In this document: in pieces, positions 1-7,889 of the stretch | Layout: each line of letters starts with the position of its first letter | Numbering within the stretch: position 1 is the first letter of the stretch | DNA from: an uncultured virus (IMG/VR IMGVR_UViG_3300044295_000401) | Taxonomy: Duplodnaviria; Heunggongvirae; Uroviricota; Caudoviricetes | Strand: one strand, 5' to 3' | IMG/VR virus record: IMGVR_UViG_3300044295_000401 | DNA: 23,910 nucleotides | Program-made: the position numbers and the translations under genes | The notes under the pieces: generated by a model | Seen by the model: only the letters and a program-made list of their open reading frames with translations | What the model was told of the DNA's origin: nothing | The model's database searches: none

Positions 1-586
1 GTAGACCAGAATCAGCTCCGCGTCTAACTTCTTCCATTTCAATTCCGCCAACGTCTTCCATAATAAGAATTAACTGTTCTACATTATCATAAGAAAACGT
101 TTTAATAAAGTCTTTAACTTGATATGCTTCAAACTTTTCTGTTTGAAATACCACTACAGCAGTTTTACCTAATTCTACGTATTTGTTACAAATTTTAGCA
201 ATAGAAGTTGACTTGCCAGTACCAGGAGGACCAAAGAGAAGAATGTTGCGTTTAGCAATTTCAAATCCTAGCTCTTTGTATTTATGAATATTACGAAAAA
301 AACAATCAGCTTTATCTTCAATTTCTTTAGTGTTTACAAAGTCTTCTAGAATGTTGTCTTTAATAAAACTTGTTCGTTCTAGGTAAAACCCAGAAAGATT
401 TTGCATGATTGTGTAAATACCAGGTTCTACTTTATATGGTTCAGGATTCTTTTCGACTTCAATATATTTTAATTGAACAAACTTACCTTCTGGGGTAAGG
501 GTAGAATAATCGCTTTCTGGGATAAAATCTCCAACAGCGGCTTTATTAAGATCTGTAACTTTTTCTACTCGGAAATGACCTGCCAT
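1..586 (-). CDS. BCS1-like AAA+ ATPase, 5' part (runs off the window edge; absent from the ORF track)
   Basis: Manual translation from ATG at 586: MAGHFRVEKV...KRNILLFGPPGTGKST (Walker A)...LILIMEDVGG (Walker B-like). A GAGG SD and a promoter lie upstream. Confidence 0.85.
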   Translation of the reverse strand, partial: MAGHFRVEKVTDLNKAAVGDFIPESDYSTLTPEGKFVQLKYIEVEKNPEPYKVEPGIYTIMQNLSGFYLERTSFIKDNILEDFVNTKEIEDKADCFFRNIHKYKELGFEIAKRNILLFGPPGTGKSTSIAKICNKYVELGKTAVVVFQTEKFEAYQVKDFIKTFSYDNVEQLILIMEDVGGIEMEEVRRGADSGL

Positions 587-615
587 TCAAACCTCTTAAT
601 TAAAAGATAACTACA

Positions 616-644
616 ACTATAACACTATCTGATGTGTTTGTCAA
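616..644 (-). promoter_or_regulatory. sigma70-type promoter for the AAA ATPase
   Basis: TTGACA (644-639), 17-nt spacer, TGt-TATAGT (621-616). The -35 contains the TGA stop of the upstream gene. Confidence 0.8.
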
Positions 645-955
645 CTTTTCTTTGGCCGTGTATCGTGTTCTGGTTTATTTAACAACATCCAATGCGCAAA
701 AAATAGATTAGCACAAGCATTTATTAAATGATTTGTTTTAGTTTCTTCGTCCATGTCTTGACCGTCATTAAATTGTGTAATATGACGCATTGCTGCTGCT
801 GTTAAACGGTGAATGTCTAACCCATTTTGCCAATTCCAGCGACCGTATTTCTTTTCACCCGCCATTAATACGCGAGCCAGTTCCCATAATGGTTCGCGAG
901 GCAGCAAAGATAAGTCCGGTTTCTCTTGATCGTATTTTTTACCTTTTTCTGACAT
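641..955 (-). CDS. DUF5664-type dATP/dGTP diphosphohydrolase domain protein
   Basis: Family pattern GKKYDQEKPDLSLLP...ARVL.AGEKKYGRWNW..G......AAAMRH.....G.D.DEET..NHL..A.AN. Confidence 0.8.
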   Translation of the reverse strand: MSEKGKKYDQEKPDLSLLPREPLWELARVLMAGEKKYGRWNWQNGLDIHRLTAAAMRHITQFNDGQDMDEETKTNHLINACANLFFAHWMLLNKPEHDTRPKKS

Positions 956-956
956 A

Positions 957-1247
957 TTAAATAAATAGAGTTTTAAGGTTGTTTAATTTTTCGCGTAGTT
1001 CTTTATTTTCTTGTTCAAGTTTTTGTATATATTCTTTGTCTTTTAATGCAAAATTAACTTTTTGTTGTAGTTTTACAATGTACTTATCTTGATCATAAGA
1101 CCAATGCCCTATAATGACCGGCTGTGTTTCTTCTATTACAAGAAGTCCTTTTGTAACAAGGTCGCCTAAAGATTCTAAAATAAGGTTTTCTTTTTGTTTA
1201 GCAAGCTCTTGTGCCATGTCACTAAAGGTTTTATCTGTGCTGATCAT
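957..1247 (-). CDS. hypothetical protein with C-terminal coiled coil
   Basis: 96-aa ORF in an ATGA overlap with pth2; tail YIQKLEQENKELREKLNNLK. Confidence 0.7.
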   Translation of the reverse strand: MISTDKTFSDMAQELAKQKENLILESLGDLVTKGLLVIEETQPVIIGHWSYDQDKYIVKLQQKVNFALKDKEYIQKLEQENKELREKLNNLKTLFI

Positions 1248-1597
1248 AGAAGCTCTAGTTCTCCTGTAATACGGTCAATTTTGTAATCTTCATCAGGACC
1301 AAATGCACAACAAGTAATTGTTCCGGGGTCAACTTCAGTATTACCTGCGTCTTTAATAACAGTAAATCGAACACCGGTTTCTTCTGCTTTACTTACTAGT
1401 TGAAACAGTTCATCTTGAGTATTACAGCCTACTACAATTTTAGGCATACCTGTTTCAAGCCAAAGATTTACGCGGCTGTCAGGATAAATATTACATCCGG
1501 TAGTAACTACTGACCTAACTGATGCATGCGCTACTTGAGCTGCAATTTTCCCTTTCCTTAAGTGAAGATCTTTCCTCACGACAATAACTTGTTTCAT
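1244..1597 (-). CDS. pth2: peptidyl-tRNA hydrolase, PTH2 family
   Basis: KQVIVVRKDL...GKIAAQVAHAS...W...G.PKIVV...IKDAGNTEV.PGTITCCAFGP....IDRITGELELL; AAGGAG SD. Confidence 0.93.
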   Translation of the reverse strand: MKQVIVVRKDLHLRKGKIAAQVAHASVRSVVTTGCNIYPDSRVNLWLETGMPKIVVGCNTQDELFQLVSKAEETGVRFTVIKDAGNTEVDPGTITCCAFGPDEDYKIDRITGELELL

Positions 1598-3740
1598 TTA
1601 ATAACTCCTTTAGGGCTTCTTTATTCTTTTTTAGTTTATAGTTTTTAAACAAAGCATCGCAGTCAAGAACAGTTTCAAATACGTAAATAGTATCATACAC
1701 CATTCCAAGCAGTCTGTCAACATCATATTGGCCGTTAAACTTTTCAGCAAGCTCTAATGTATTTTTATCTTTGTAATATACCCAGATTCTATCGCCTTCT
1801 ACATATTCAGAACCATCGAGTGTGTCTCTTATTCGAGCTTCGTTGGTGCGTTCACTATTTAATGTTTTTTCACTAATAGTTTTACGAGAAGACCAGCGTT
1901 TAATATCTTGTACATCGCATGCTTCTTTAATGTATTTGTTATATATTTCTACGTAGTTTTGTTTGTGGTTAAGAATTGAGTCAATTACTTCCTTAATCAT
2001 TTCTTTAAGCGCTGGAGGTTTAGTAGAAGCTTTTAATGCAGAACCTTTGATCTTTGTTTTTTTACCATCAAATAGAACATAGTTCTTAGCTTTAAGAATA
2101 GCTACAGTAGGATAATACCCATCATCTTCCCATCGAATTCTTTCTGGGTATAGAGCATTGATTGCTTTTAAGTTTTCTTCTCTTTCTGATTCAGTAATAA
2201 ATTCTCCATCTCTTTTACAGTAAGAAATTGAGTCTGTATCAGCATTTGGGACGTTAAAACCCATGCGCTCTGCCCATTCCAATGCACTTTTAAGTATTTC
2301 TCGTCCGGTGGAAGTAATAAACTCAGCAGCGTCGGGTGAATTAAAGTTAAGTCCCGTTGCGCCCATGAATCCGTACCCGGAGTTAATAACGATTTTTTGT
2401 GCGTTTTGTAATCCATCATAATAAACCGATTCTTTTGCTAGCTTTTTATTTTTTAATCGTTCTTCTGTAAACTTTTCAATAATTTTTAAGAAGTTACCTT
2501 TAGGATCTTTATCTTCATCATATACTTTACAAGCTAGTATAATGGAGGGGTAAAGTGATGCAATGTCTACTTTATGTACATTCCTATAAATTCCAGGATT
2601 ACCAAATGAAATTGCGCCTTCAAATGATTTAACTTCACTTGCTTTAGGAATGCTATGTCCATGTTGAAGATAACTACGAATCATCATAGCATTAATTTGT
2701 GAGCCAGTAGCAGATTCTACTACCTGTTGAAATGTTTTAGGAACAGACTGCGTGAGATAAAAGGATGCCGGTGATGTTAAGTCAAATACAGCTAAAGCAT
2801 CGTCGCTATCATCAATACAATATCGTTTAATTTTATCCCATTCTACAGGATCTGTATACTTAAAACGAATAACAGAGGCATCGTAAAATTCGCGATTTTT
2901 CTTTTCTAATCCTTCAATTTTAATAATATTCTTTAATCCATAGCTATCATATTTTTTAGCAGCAGCATCGTGTTTAATAGCTAAGAAATAAGTATCAATA
3001 ACTTCTCTACCATATATACGAATTTTATTATATTCTAAATCTCTACTTCCATCTACGCGAAACTTAGAAGGTTTATTATTAATTTTTAAAGCAGAACCGT
3101 CTCTACCTAAATTTAATTCAATACCTTCTTGTTCTGCAATATAGTTTAAGTAAGGAAAGTCATAAGAATAAATGTTATGACCACAGATAATAGATGGGTT
3201 TAATTCTCTAACCCAATTACACCATGCTGTAAGCATCTCGCCTTGAGATGAATAATCATCATAAGCAAATAGCTTACGGGTTATATTACCGTTTTTACGA
3301 AATGTATTGGAGATAAGTAGAACTTTTGATGTATTATCGTGATATAAGCCGGTGGCTTCAATATCAAAAGATAAAATAGACGGATCGGTATGTTGCATAC
3401 CTTTATAAAAGGTATACCCGTCTTTAATCATTAAAGCTTCTTTGGGGTCATATACCGTAAAGAAGTCCGTTTTAGTCTTTCTGGCGCTCTGGAGATATAT
3501 ATTCCATTCTTCTTGTGAAAAAAACTGTTTTCCGTATTGGTAATGCAAGTTTCCTTGAAGTCTAAACGTTTGTTTCTGGCTCCTATTAAGTAATACCCAG
3601 TATCTATTAGGTGCCACTTTTTGTGAAATGTTCTCGCCATCTTCTGTAAAAAGAACCGCTTTATCGTCTTGTACTTCGATCCCGACTAGTTTTTGTGTTG
3701 GATTTTTCCCGTAAATCAATGGGTCGCTGAAGTCTTGCAT
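1515..3740 (-). CDS. polB: family B DNA polymerase with 3'-5' exonuclease
   Basis: ExoI SFDIEATG, ExoII GHNIYSYDFPYL, ExoIII YCIDD; polymerase motifs DIASLYPSII, KIVINSGYG, ADTDSI, KAKNY. Confidence 0.95.
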   Translation of the reverse strand: MQDFSDPLIYGKNPTQKLVGIEVQDDKAVLFTEDGENISQKVAPNRYWVLLNRSQKQTFRLQGNLHYQYGKQFFSQEEWNIYLQSARKTKTDFFTVYDPKEALMIKDGYTFYKGMQHTDPSILSFDIEATGLYHDNTSKVLLISNTFRKNGNITRKLFAYDDYSSQGEMLTAWCNWVRELNPSIICGHNIYSYDFPYLNYIAEQEGIELNLGRDGSALKINNKPSKFRVDGSRDLEYNKIRIYGREVIDTYFLAIKHDAAAKKYDSYGLKNIIKIEGLEKKNREFYDASVIRFKYTDPVEWDKIKRYCIDDSDDALAVFDLTSPASFYLTQSVPKTFQQVVESATGSQINAMMIRSYLQHGHSIPKASEVKSFEGAISFGNPGIYRNVHKVDIASLYPSIILACKVYDEDKDPKGNFLKIIEKFTEERLKNKKLAKESVYYDGLQNAQKIVINSGYGFMGATGLNFNSPDAAEFITSTGREILKSALEWAERMGFNVPNADTDSISYCKRDGEFITESEREENLKAINALYPERIRWEDDGYYPTVAILKAKNYVLFDGKKTKIKGSALKASTKPPALKEMIKEVIDSILNHKQNYVEIYNKYIKEACDVQDIKRWSSRKTISEKTLNSERTNEARIRDTLDGSEYVEGDRIWVYYKDKNTLELAEKFNGQYDVDRLLGMVYDTIYVFETVLDCDALFKNYKLKKNKEALKELLNETSYCREERSSLKERENCSSSSACIS
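1692..1720 (-). promoter_or_regulatory. candidate internal sigma70 promoter inside polB, upstream of pth2
   Basis: TTGACA (1720-1715), 17 nt, TATGAT (1697-1692); about 90 nt upstream of the pth2 ATG. Confidence 0.55.
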
Positions 3741-3822
3741 TTTGCTTCTTTTTCCATTCTAGTTGTTTAGGGCAATCAGGAGCGTGACCTTTATGATCGT
3801 CGTATCCACAACAAGTTTTCAT
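3661..3822 (-). CDS. Cys/His micro-protein, 53 aa (not in track)
   Basis: MKTCCGYDDHKGHAPDCPKQLEWKKKQ...; starts in an ATGA overlap with the upstream gene; its tail overlaps the polB start. Confidence 0.5.
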   Translation of the reverse strand: MKTCCGYDDHKGHAPDCPKQLEWKKKQNARLQRPIDLREKSNTKTSRDRSTRR

Positions 3823-3950
3823 TGACATGATTTTTTACACTTTGTTTTCTTTTGAGGTTTAGAAGCTTGAGCAGCTATATAACCACAATAATAACCTAAT
3901 CCACCAATTGATGAAACTAAAGCTGCAAAAGCTAGTATAAAATTAATCAT
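3819..3950 (-). CDS. small single-pass membrane protein, 43 aa (not in track)
   Basis: MINFILAFAALVSSIGGLGYYCGYIAAQASKPQRKQKCKKSCQ; hydrophobic helix then basic tail; fills the gap with overlaps at both ends. Confidence 0.6.
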   Translation of the reverse strand: MINFILAFAALVSSIGGLGYYCGYIAAQASKPQKKTKCKKSCQ

Positions 3951-4272
3951 ATTTATTACCGTTATCTACTTCAAAGTTAAGTAGATCCATCATTAGATTA
4001 CCAGCGGCACGAATAAAAAGCTTTCGGCTTTCATCGGTATCATCAAAATAATTAATCTTTCCTAGCTCTTCACTAGCTAGAACATAACCGTCTTTAGTTT
4101 TTTCAATATTAATAGTGATTTTTTTCATAGTCTTATGATAACCTTTTTTTAAGGATTTGTCAACAGTAATTATTTTATTTACAGTATGTCCTTGTTTTTG
4201 ATGCTGTAAAAAATGATGTTCAGTAAATAATAGTAAATTACATTTGTCGCAAAATGAAACAAACTTAGACAT
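3943..4272 (-). CDS. protein with N-terminal C2H2-spaced zinc finger and C-terminal HicB-like region; probable second start at 4128
   Basis: CDKC-x12-H-x4-H; in-frame Met49 begins MKKITINIEKTKDGYVLASEELG. Confidence 0.6.
   Translation of the reverse strand: MSKFVSFCDKCNLLLFTEHHFLQHQKQGHTVNKIITVDKSLKKGYHKTMKKITINIEKTKDGYVLASEELGKINYFDDTDESRKLFIRAAGNLMMDLLNFEVDNGNKYD
4135..4163 (-). promoter_or_regulatory. internal sigma70 promoter, predicted leaderless start at ATG 4128
   Basis: TTGACA (4163-4158), 17 nt, TATCAT (4140-4135), 6 nt, ATG. Confidence 0.7.
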
Positions 4273-4589
4273 TAGTTATAGCCTTTATCATTTTCCGGTT
4301 CTGGTATTTCGTCTAGTAGCTCTTGTAATGGGTTTGCTACATCTACTATAGCAATGTGTTTAAGGTCCTTAATAGGGAATGCCTGGTTAATGTTCTCTCC
4401 ATCAGGGGATAGGTATACAAACTGATCATCTGCGTCCATAACGAATCCTTGGAGTGTTAGAGGCATTTGCATCTCATGTACGTTACCTTCTCCGTCAAGG
4501 TTCACGCTGTTGGTTATTTGAAGGTCTAAGATAATCTCTACAAACTCTCCAGCAAATGTTTCAAAGAATGCGTTATTGTTCTTTTTCAT
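4272..4589 (-). CDS. acidic protein with possible Sm/LSm (Hfq-like) fold
   Basis: FVEIIL...LTLQGFVMDADDQFVYL...QAFPIKDLKHIAIV resembles the Sm1/Sm2 strands; fold assigned by eye. Confidence 0.5.
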   Translation of the reverse strand: MKKNNNAFFETFAGEFVEIILDLQITNSVNLDGEGNVHEMQMPLTLQGFVMDADDQFVYLSPDGENINQAFPIKDLKHIAIVDVANPLQELLDEIPEPENDKGYN

Positions 4590-4860
4590 GTTCGGTTTCC
4601 CATTGGTTTACTGAAAATTCAGGGTAGTCCATAAACTCATCGTGGTATGTAGCAATTGCTCTGTTAGTATAATAAGTCATTTTATCCCAGTCTTTAGGAA
4701 TTTCTGGGTTTTTAATAGCGGGTGGAGGCATGCCGATTTCTGCTGTATAGTCGGCGATTCTTTCTGCTAATGTTATAGCAAAACATTTATCCCATTCTCC
4801 GGGAATATCTGAGTTATAGATAATGTCAGTTAGGTCTTTAATAAATTCTGAGCGTTTCAT
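4573..4860 (-). CDS. hypothetical protein, 95 aa
   Basis: MKRSEFIKDL...; the ATG at 4860 forms a TAATG overlap with the helicase stop, so it is preferred to the track's start at 4869. Confidence 0.7.
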   Translation of the reverse strand: MKRSEFIKDLTDIIYNSDIPGEWDKCFAITLAERIADYTAEIGMPPPAIKNPEIPKDWDKMTYYTNRAIATYHDEFMDYPEFSVNQWETEHEKEQ

Positions 4861-6815
4861 TATTGCCACTCTCCGCTAGAATCGTTATCAGATTCTGCTT
4901 TCTTCTTTTGTTCAAGGAGATATTCAAGCTCTGCTTCTTCTTCTTCTGTAACCTCTCGAATTTCACCGCGTTTACCAGACCAAGCAAAGTTAAACATTCC
5001 AAGTTCACCAAGATCGTTCTTAAGGATAGCCATTTGTAGGAACTTATCTTTATCTGCGGTTTCTGGGGTAAAGAATGGACGCCAAATAGAGATGATGCTA
5101 CGGAATGATTGATAGAGAAAGCTAGAACCTTTAATAGCTGTATAACTTTTAATTGGTTTATCCGGGCCTGAACCAAGGCTAAACTTATTTGGTTGTACTA
5201 GAGTAACCATCGCTACGTTAAAGTCGTTTACTAAGTCTTGGAGCTGTCCCGCAATATCTTTTGAAGCTGCCGTGTCCTCTGACTTATCGCTGTTAACTCG
5301 TTCAAAGTAATCAAGCATGACCAGCTTGACTTTTTTCCCGGTTTCGGCTTCAACTTCTTCAATATATTCTCTAATGTCGTTAACAGTAGGACAAGATCTA
5401 TCATAAAACCAGACGTTAGCGTAATCCTCTTTAATTTTTTTAGTGATGTTTTGGATTTCGCCCGCTTGGATCTTGGCATATAGGTCGCCTCGTGATAGTC
5501 CTGTTGTTTTATATAGTAGCTTCTCAAATAATCGGTTGCGATGCATGTCTAAGCTAGCAAACACAGATACTACACCAGCTTTAGAAGTATTCTTAAGGAT
5601 TTCAAGTGCTAAGGCCGTTTTACCCGAAGAGGCTGCACCCACAATACCAAGGTTCATACCAGTTGTAATAGGCATAGCTTGGTCTAAGCACTTAATTCCA
5701 GTAAGAACAGTATTTTCATCAATGTGTTTAACGAAGTGCTCAAACTCATCTTGAATATCATGAATACGTCGAGCTTTAAACTCTTCTTCTTTTTTTACCT
5801 CAAAGCCCATTTTTTGACAATATTTATTAAGCCAAGGATTAGTTTGTGGGCTATATTGACCGCCTTCCCAATTATCTGAATAGACTGATTTTTCAATAAT
5901 ATTTTCGTATAATTCTTCTTTTGAAAACTCTTCTTCGCCATATCTTTCCGCTTGAGCTTTTAGAGCAGATTTACAAAAATAATATGCTTGCGCTTTATTA
6001 TATTTTAAACCTCTACAAGTAGCAGCAATAACCATAAGCGCATTATGGCGTTCACCAGATTCAAAAAATCCACAAGCTAAAGCCCATTTATAAGGTTTCC
6101 AACCTTTAGGAATATTTTCTAAGCATTCTTTTAATTCTGGAAGAATTACATTATTTACTTTTGCTTCTACTTTTTCTTTACGTTCAAATAATGTTTTTAT
6201 AGAATCATTAATTTTAAATCGTTTATAATAAGATAATACATCTTCTTTATTAAAATTTGTTATATCTTTAGATGATTCAACAATTGAATCTAGGTTATAA
6301 TTTAGTAATTCTTCAGATGTTAGTGGTATTTTAAAAAAACCCGTTTTTTCATTTCTTGTAAATAATAAACGAAAAATACGCTGATGATCATACATTGATG
6401 TATCGAATGTTTTTAAGTCTTTGGCTAAAGACATAACAATACATTTAACATCTTCTAATGAAATTTGATCTTCTAAATCTATAATAAAGCCAACACCTTT
6501 ATTACCTGAAAAAGATATTTGTATGTGTTCATCGTTTAACCCTATTTGTTTAAGACGATTATAAAATATTTTTGCGTCATTAAAAGCAGTTTTAACATCT
6601 TTGCTATCAAAATCTGCCCAAATTCGATCAGTTAATGAGCCTGACATTTTGGCTAAACTTTTAGTTTTTAACCATTCATTATATTGTTTATCAGTATATT
6701 TCATCATAGAAATGAAATATGGTTTATTAATATTTTTAATATATTTAAAAGGAGATTCAATATCAGGAATTAAAATATTGTTTGTATAATCTTCTGAAAA
6801 ACGAATATATTGCAT
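4860..6815 (-). CDS. primase-helicase fusion: AEP-like primase, PriCT-like helical domain, DnaB-like (SF4) helicase
   Basis: AEP motifs IWADFD, SFSGNKG, DTSMYD..RIFRL...RNEKTG; PriCT-like GERHNALMVIA; helicase GAASSGKT, FASLDM, VMLDYFE, LKNDLG. Confidence 0.88.
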   Translation of the reverse strand: MQYIRFSEDYTNNILIPDIESPFKYIKNINKPYFISMMKYTDKQYNEWLKTKSLAKMSGSLTDRIWADFDSKDVKTAFNDAKIFYNRLKQIGLNDEHIQISFSGNKGVGFIIDLEDQISLEDVKCIVMSLAKDLKTFDTSMYDHQRIFRLLFTRNEKTGFFKIPLTSEELLNYNLDSIVESSKDITNFNKEDVLSYYKRFKINDSIKTLFERKEKVEAKVNNVILPELKECLENIPKGWKPYKWALACGFFESGERHNALMVIAATCRGLKYNKAQAYYFCKSALKAQAERYGEEEFSKEELYENIIEKSVYSDNWEGGQYSPQTNPWLNKYCQKMGFEVKKEEEFKARRIHDIQDEFEHFVKHIDENTVLTGIKCLDQAMPITTGMNLGIVGAASSGKTALALEILKNTSKAGVVSVFASLDMHRNRLFEKLLYKTTGLSRGDLYAKIQAGEIQNITKKIKEDYANVWFYDRSCPTVNDIREYIEEVEAETGKKVKLVMLDYFERVNSDKSEDTAASKDIAGQLQDLVNDFNVAMVTLVQPNKFSLGSGPDKPIKSYTAIKGSSFLYQSFRSIISIWRPFFTPETADKDKFLQMAILKNDLGELGMFNFAWSGKRGEIREVTEEEEAELEYLLEQKKKAESDNDSSGEWQ

Positions 6816-7297
6816 TATTTACCTGCGTTTTTGTATTTAACTAAATTCATAATCCAAGAATGAAATTCTGGTACAGTTGCATTATTTTTTGCTCTATTAC
6901 AAATTTTACAACAAGTTAAACTATTTATAGAATCATATCCTTGAGTATTTATTAATCTATCAATACCATTATGACTATAAGATTTGCCTCCAATTATATT
7001 AGTAATTGAATCTTTCATTCCGCAGTAAATACATTCAGATTCAATTAGAGATTTAAATTCTTTAATTGAAAGATTAAATTCTATTTTTCGTTTTTTTGCG
7101 TTGTTTTTATATTGATTATAGATATATTGATAAGGAGGAATTTTACCTCCAAAATCTTTACAACGAATGCATCCTTCAAATTTATTTTGAAGTTCATTAT
7201 ATGAAAGTATTATTTTATCACCACATTTACAAATACAATTCCAATAATGTAAATTATTTATAGTATGCGAATAATTCTGTATTGTAAAATTAGCCAT
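6815..7297 (-). mobile_element. free-standing HNH-type homing endonuclease
   Basis: YWNCICKCG, YKNNAKKRKIEFNLS, CIYCG, GIDRLINTQGY...NSLTCCKICNRAK; very AT-rich; TAATG-coupled to the primase-helicase. Confidence 0.85.
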
Positions 7298-7322
7298 TTC
7301 CTCTCTCTCCTCTTAAAACGTT

Positions 7323-7676
7323 TTAATCCTTTAGCTCAATCCCGATAAAATGTGGCTTACTAGAATGTTCAAAAAGCCTAAACTTTAAATACATATCCTC
7401 ATTCTCATAAGTAATATATATCATATCACTAACACGAGCTACAGTCAAGAGGTTAAATTTTTCAGGTTCTAGTTTTCCTGAACTTACTTCTCTTCCGATT
7501 TCTTTACTATAGTTATCATCTGGGTGAAGATAAGAAACACCAAGATTAAATTTTGCTTTAGTAAAAGGATGACAAAGAGATTCTAATAGATCCTCTTTAA
7601 GAAAATTTACTTCAAGGGCATACGTACACCCATTTTCAAAGTCGTGGAAAAATTGAATATCTTCGTATTTATCCAT
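7323..7676 (-). CDS. hypothetical phage protein
   Basis: 117-aa ORF containing GVSYLHPDDNYSKEIGREVS. Confidence 0.7.
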   Translation of the reverse strand: MDKYEDIQFFHDFENGCTYALEVNFLKEDLLESLCHPFTKAKFNLGVSYLHPDDNYSKEIGREVSSGKLEPEKFNLLTVARVSDMIYITYENEDMYLKFRLFEHSSKPHFIGIELKD

Positions 7677-7682
7677 AATTAC

Positions 7683-7889
7683 TTACTCTTCACAAAATTC
7701 TGGCATACCAATTTCAATACCACCAAGAATATTATTATGCGCTTTTTCACATATTTCATTTATTTGATCTAATGTAATCCTATTACAAACGTCAACTTGA
7801 CCTTCGTTATAGCTAGAACAATAAAACACGGTTGGCTTTTGTGAAGCACAACTGGTTAAACATAACATAATAAAACTGAGTTTTTTCAT
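7683..7889 (-). CDS. predicted lipoprotein, 68 aa
   Basis: The ATG at 7889 gives MKKLSFIMLCLTS-C: basic N-terminus, hydrophobic core, lipobox. The track's longer start runs into the structured intergenic element. Confidence 0.65.
   Translation of the reverse strand: MKKLSFIMLCLTSCASQKPTVFYCSSYNEGQVDVCNRITLDQINEICEKAHNNILGGIEIGMPEFCEE

Noticed and set aside
641..955. Z-genome (2-aminoadenine) pathway
   Set aside because: No purZ or HD-domain dATPase is present in the window, and DUF5664 proteins are common in ordinary phages.
1515..1597. Frameshift or error at the polB C-terminus
   Set aside because: All polymerase motifs are complete upstream. The 83-nt overlap is most simply a dispensable tail, and nothing in the sequence shows an error.
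2168..6789. Track ORFs 2168-2419, 3431-3640, 4838-5176, 5231-5527, 5443-5754 and 6601-6789
   Set aside because: Alternative-frame or antisense shadows of polB and the primase-helicase, with no motifs or initiation signals.
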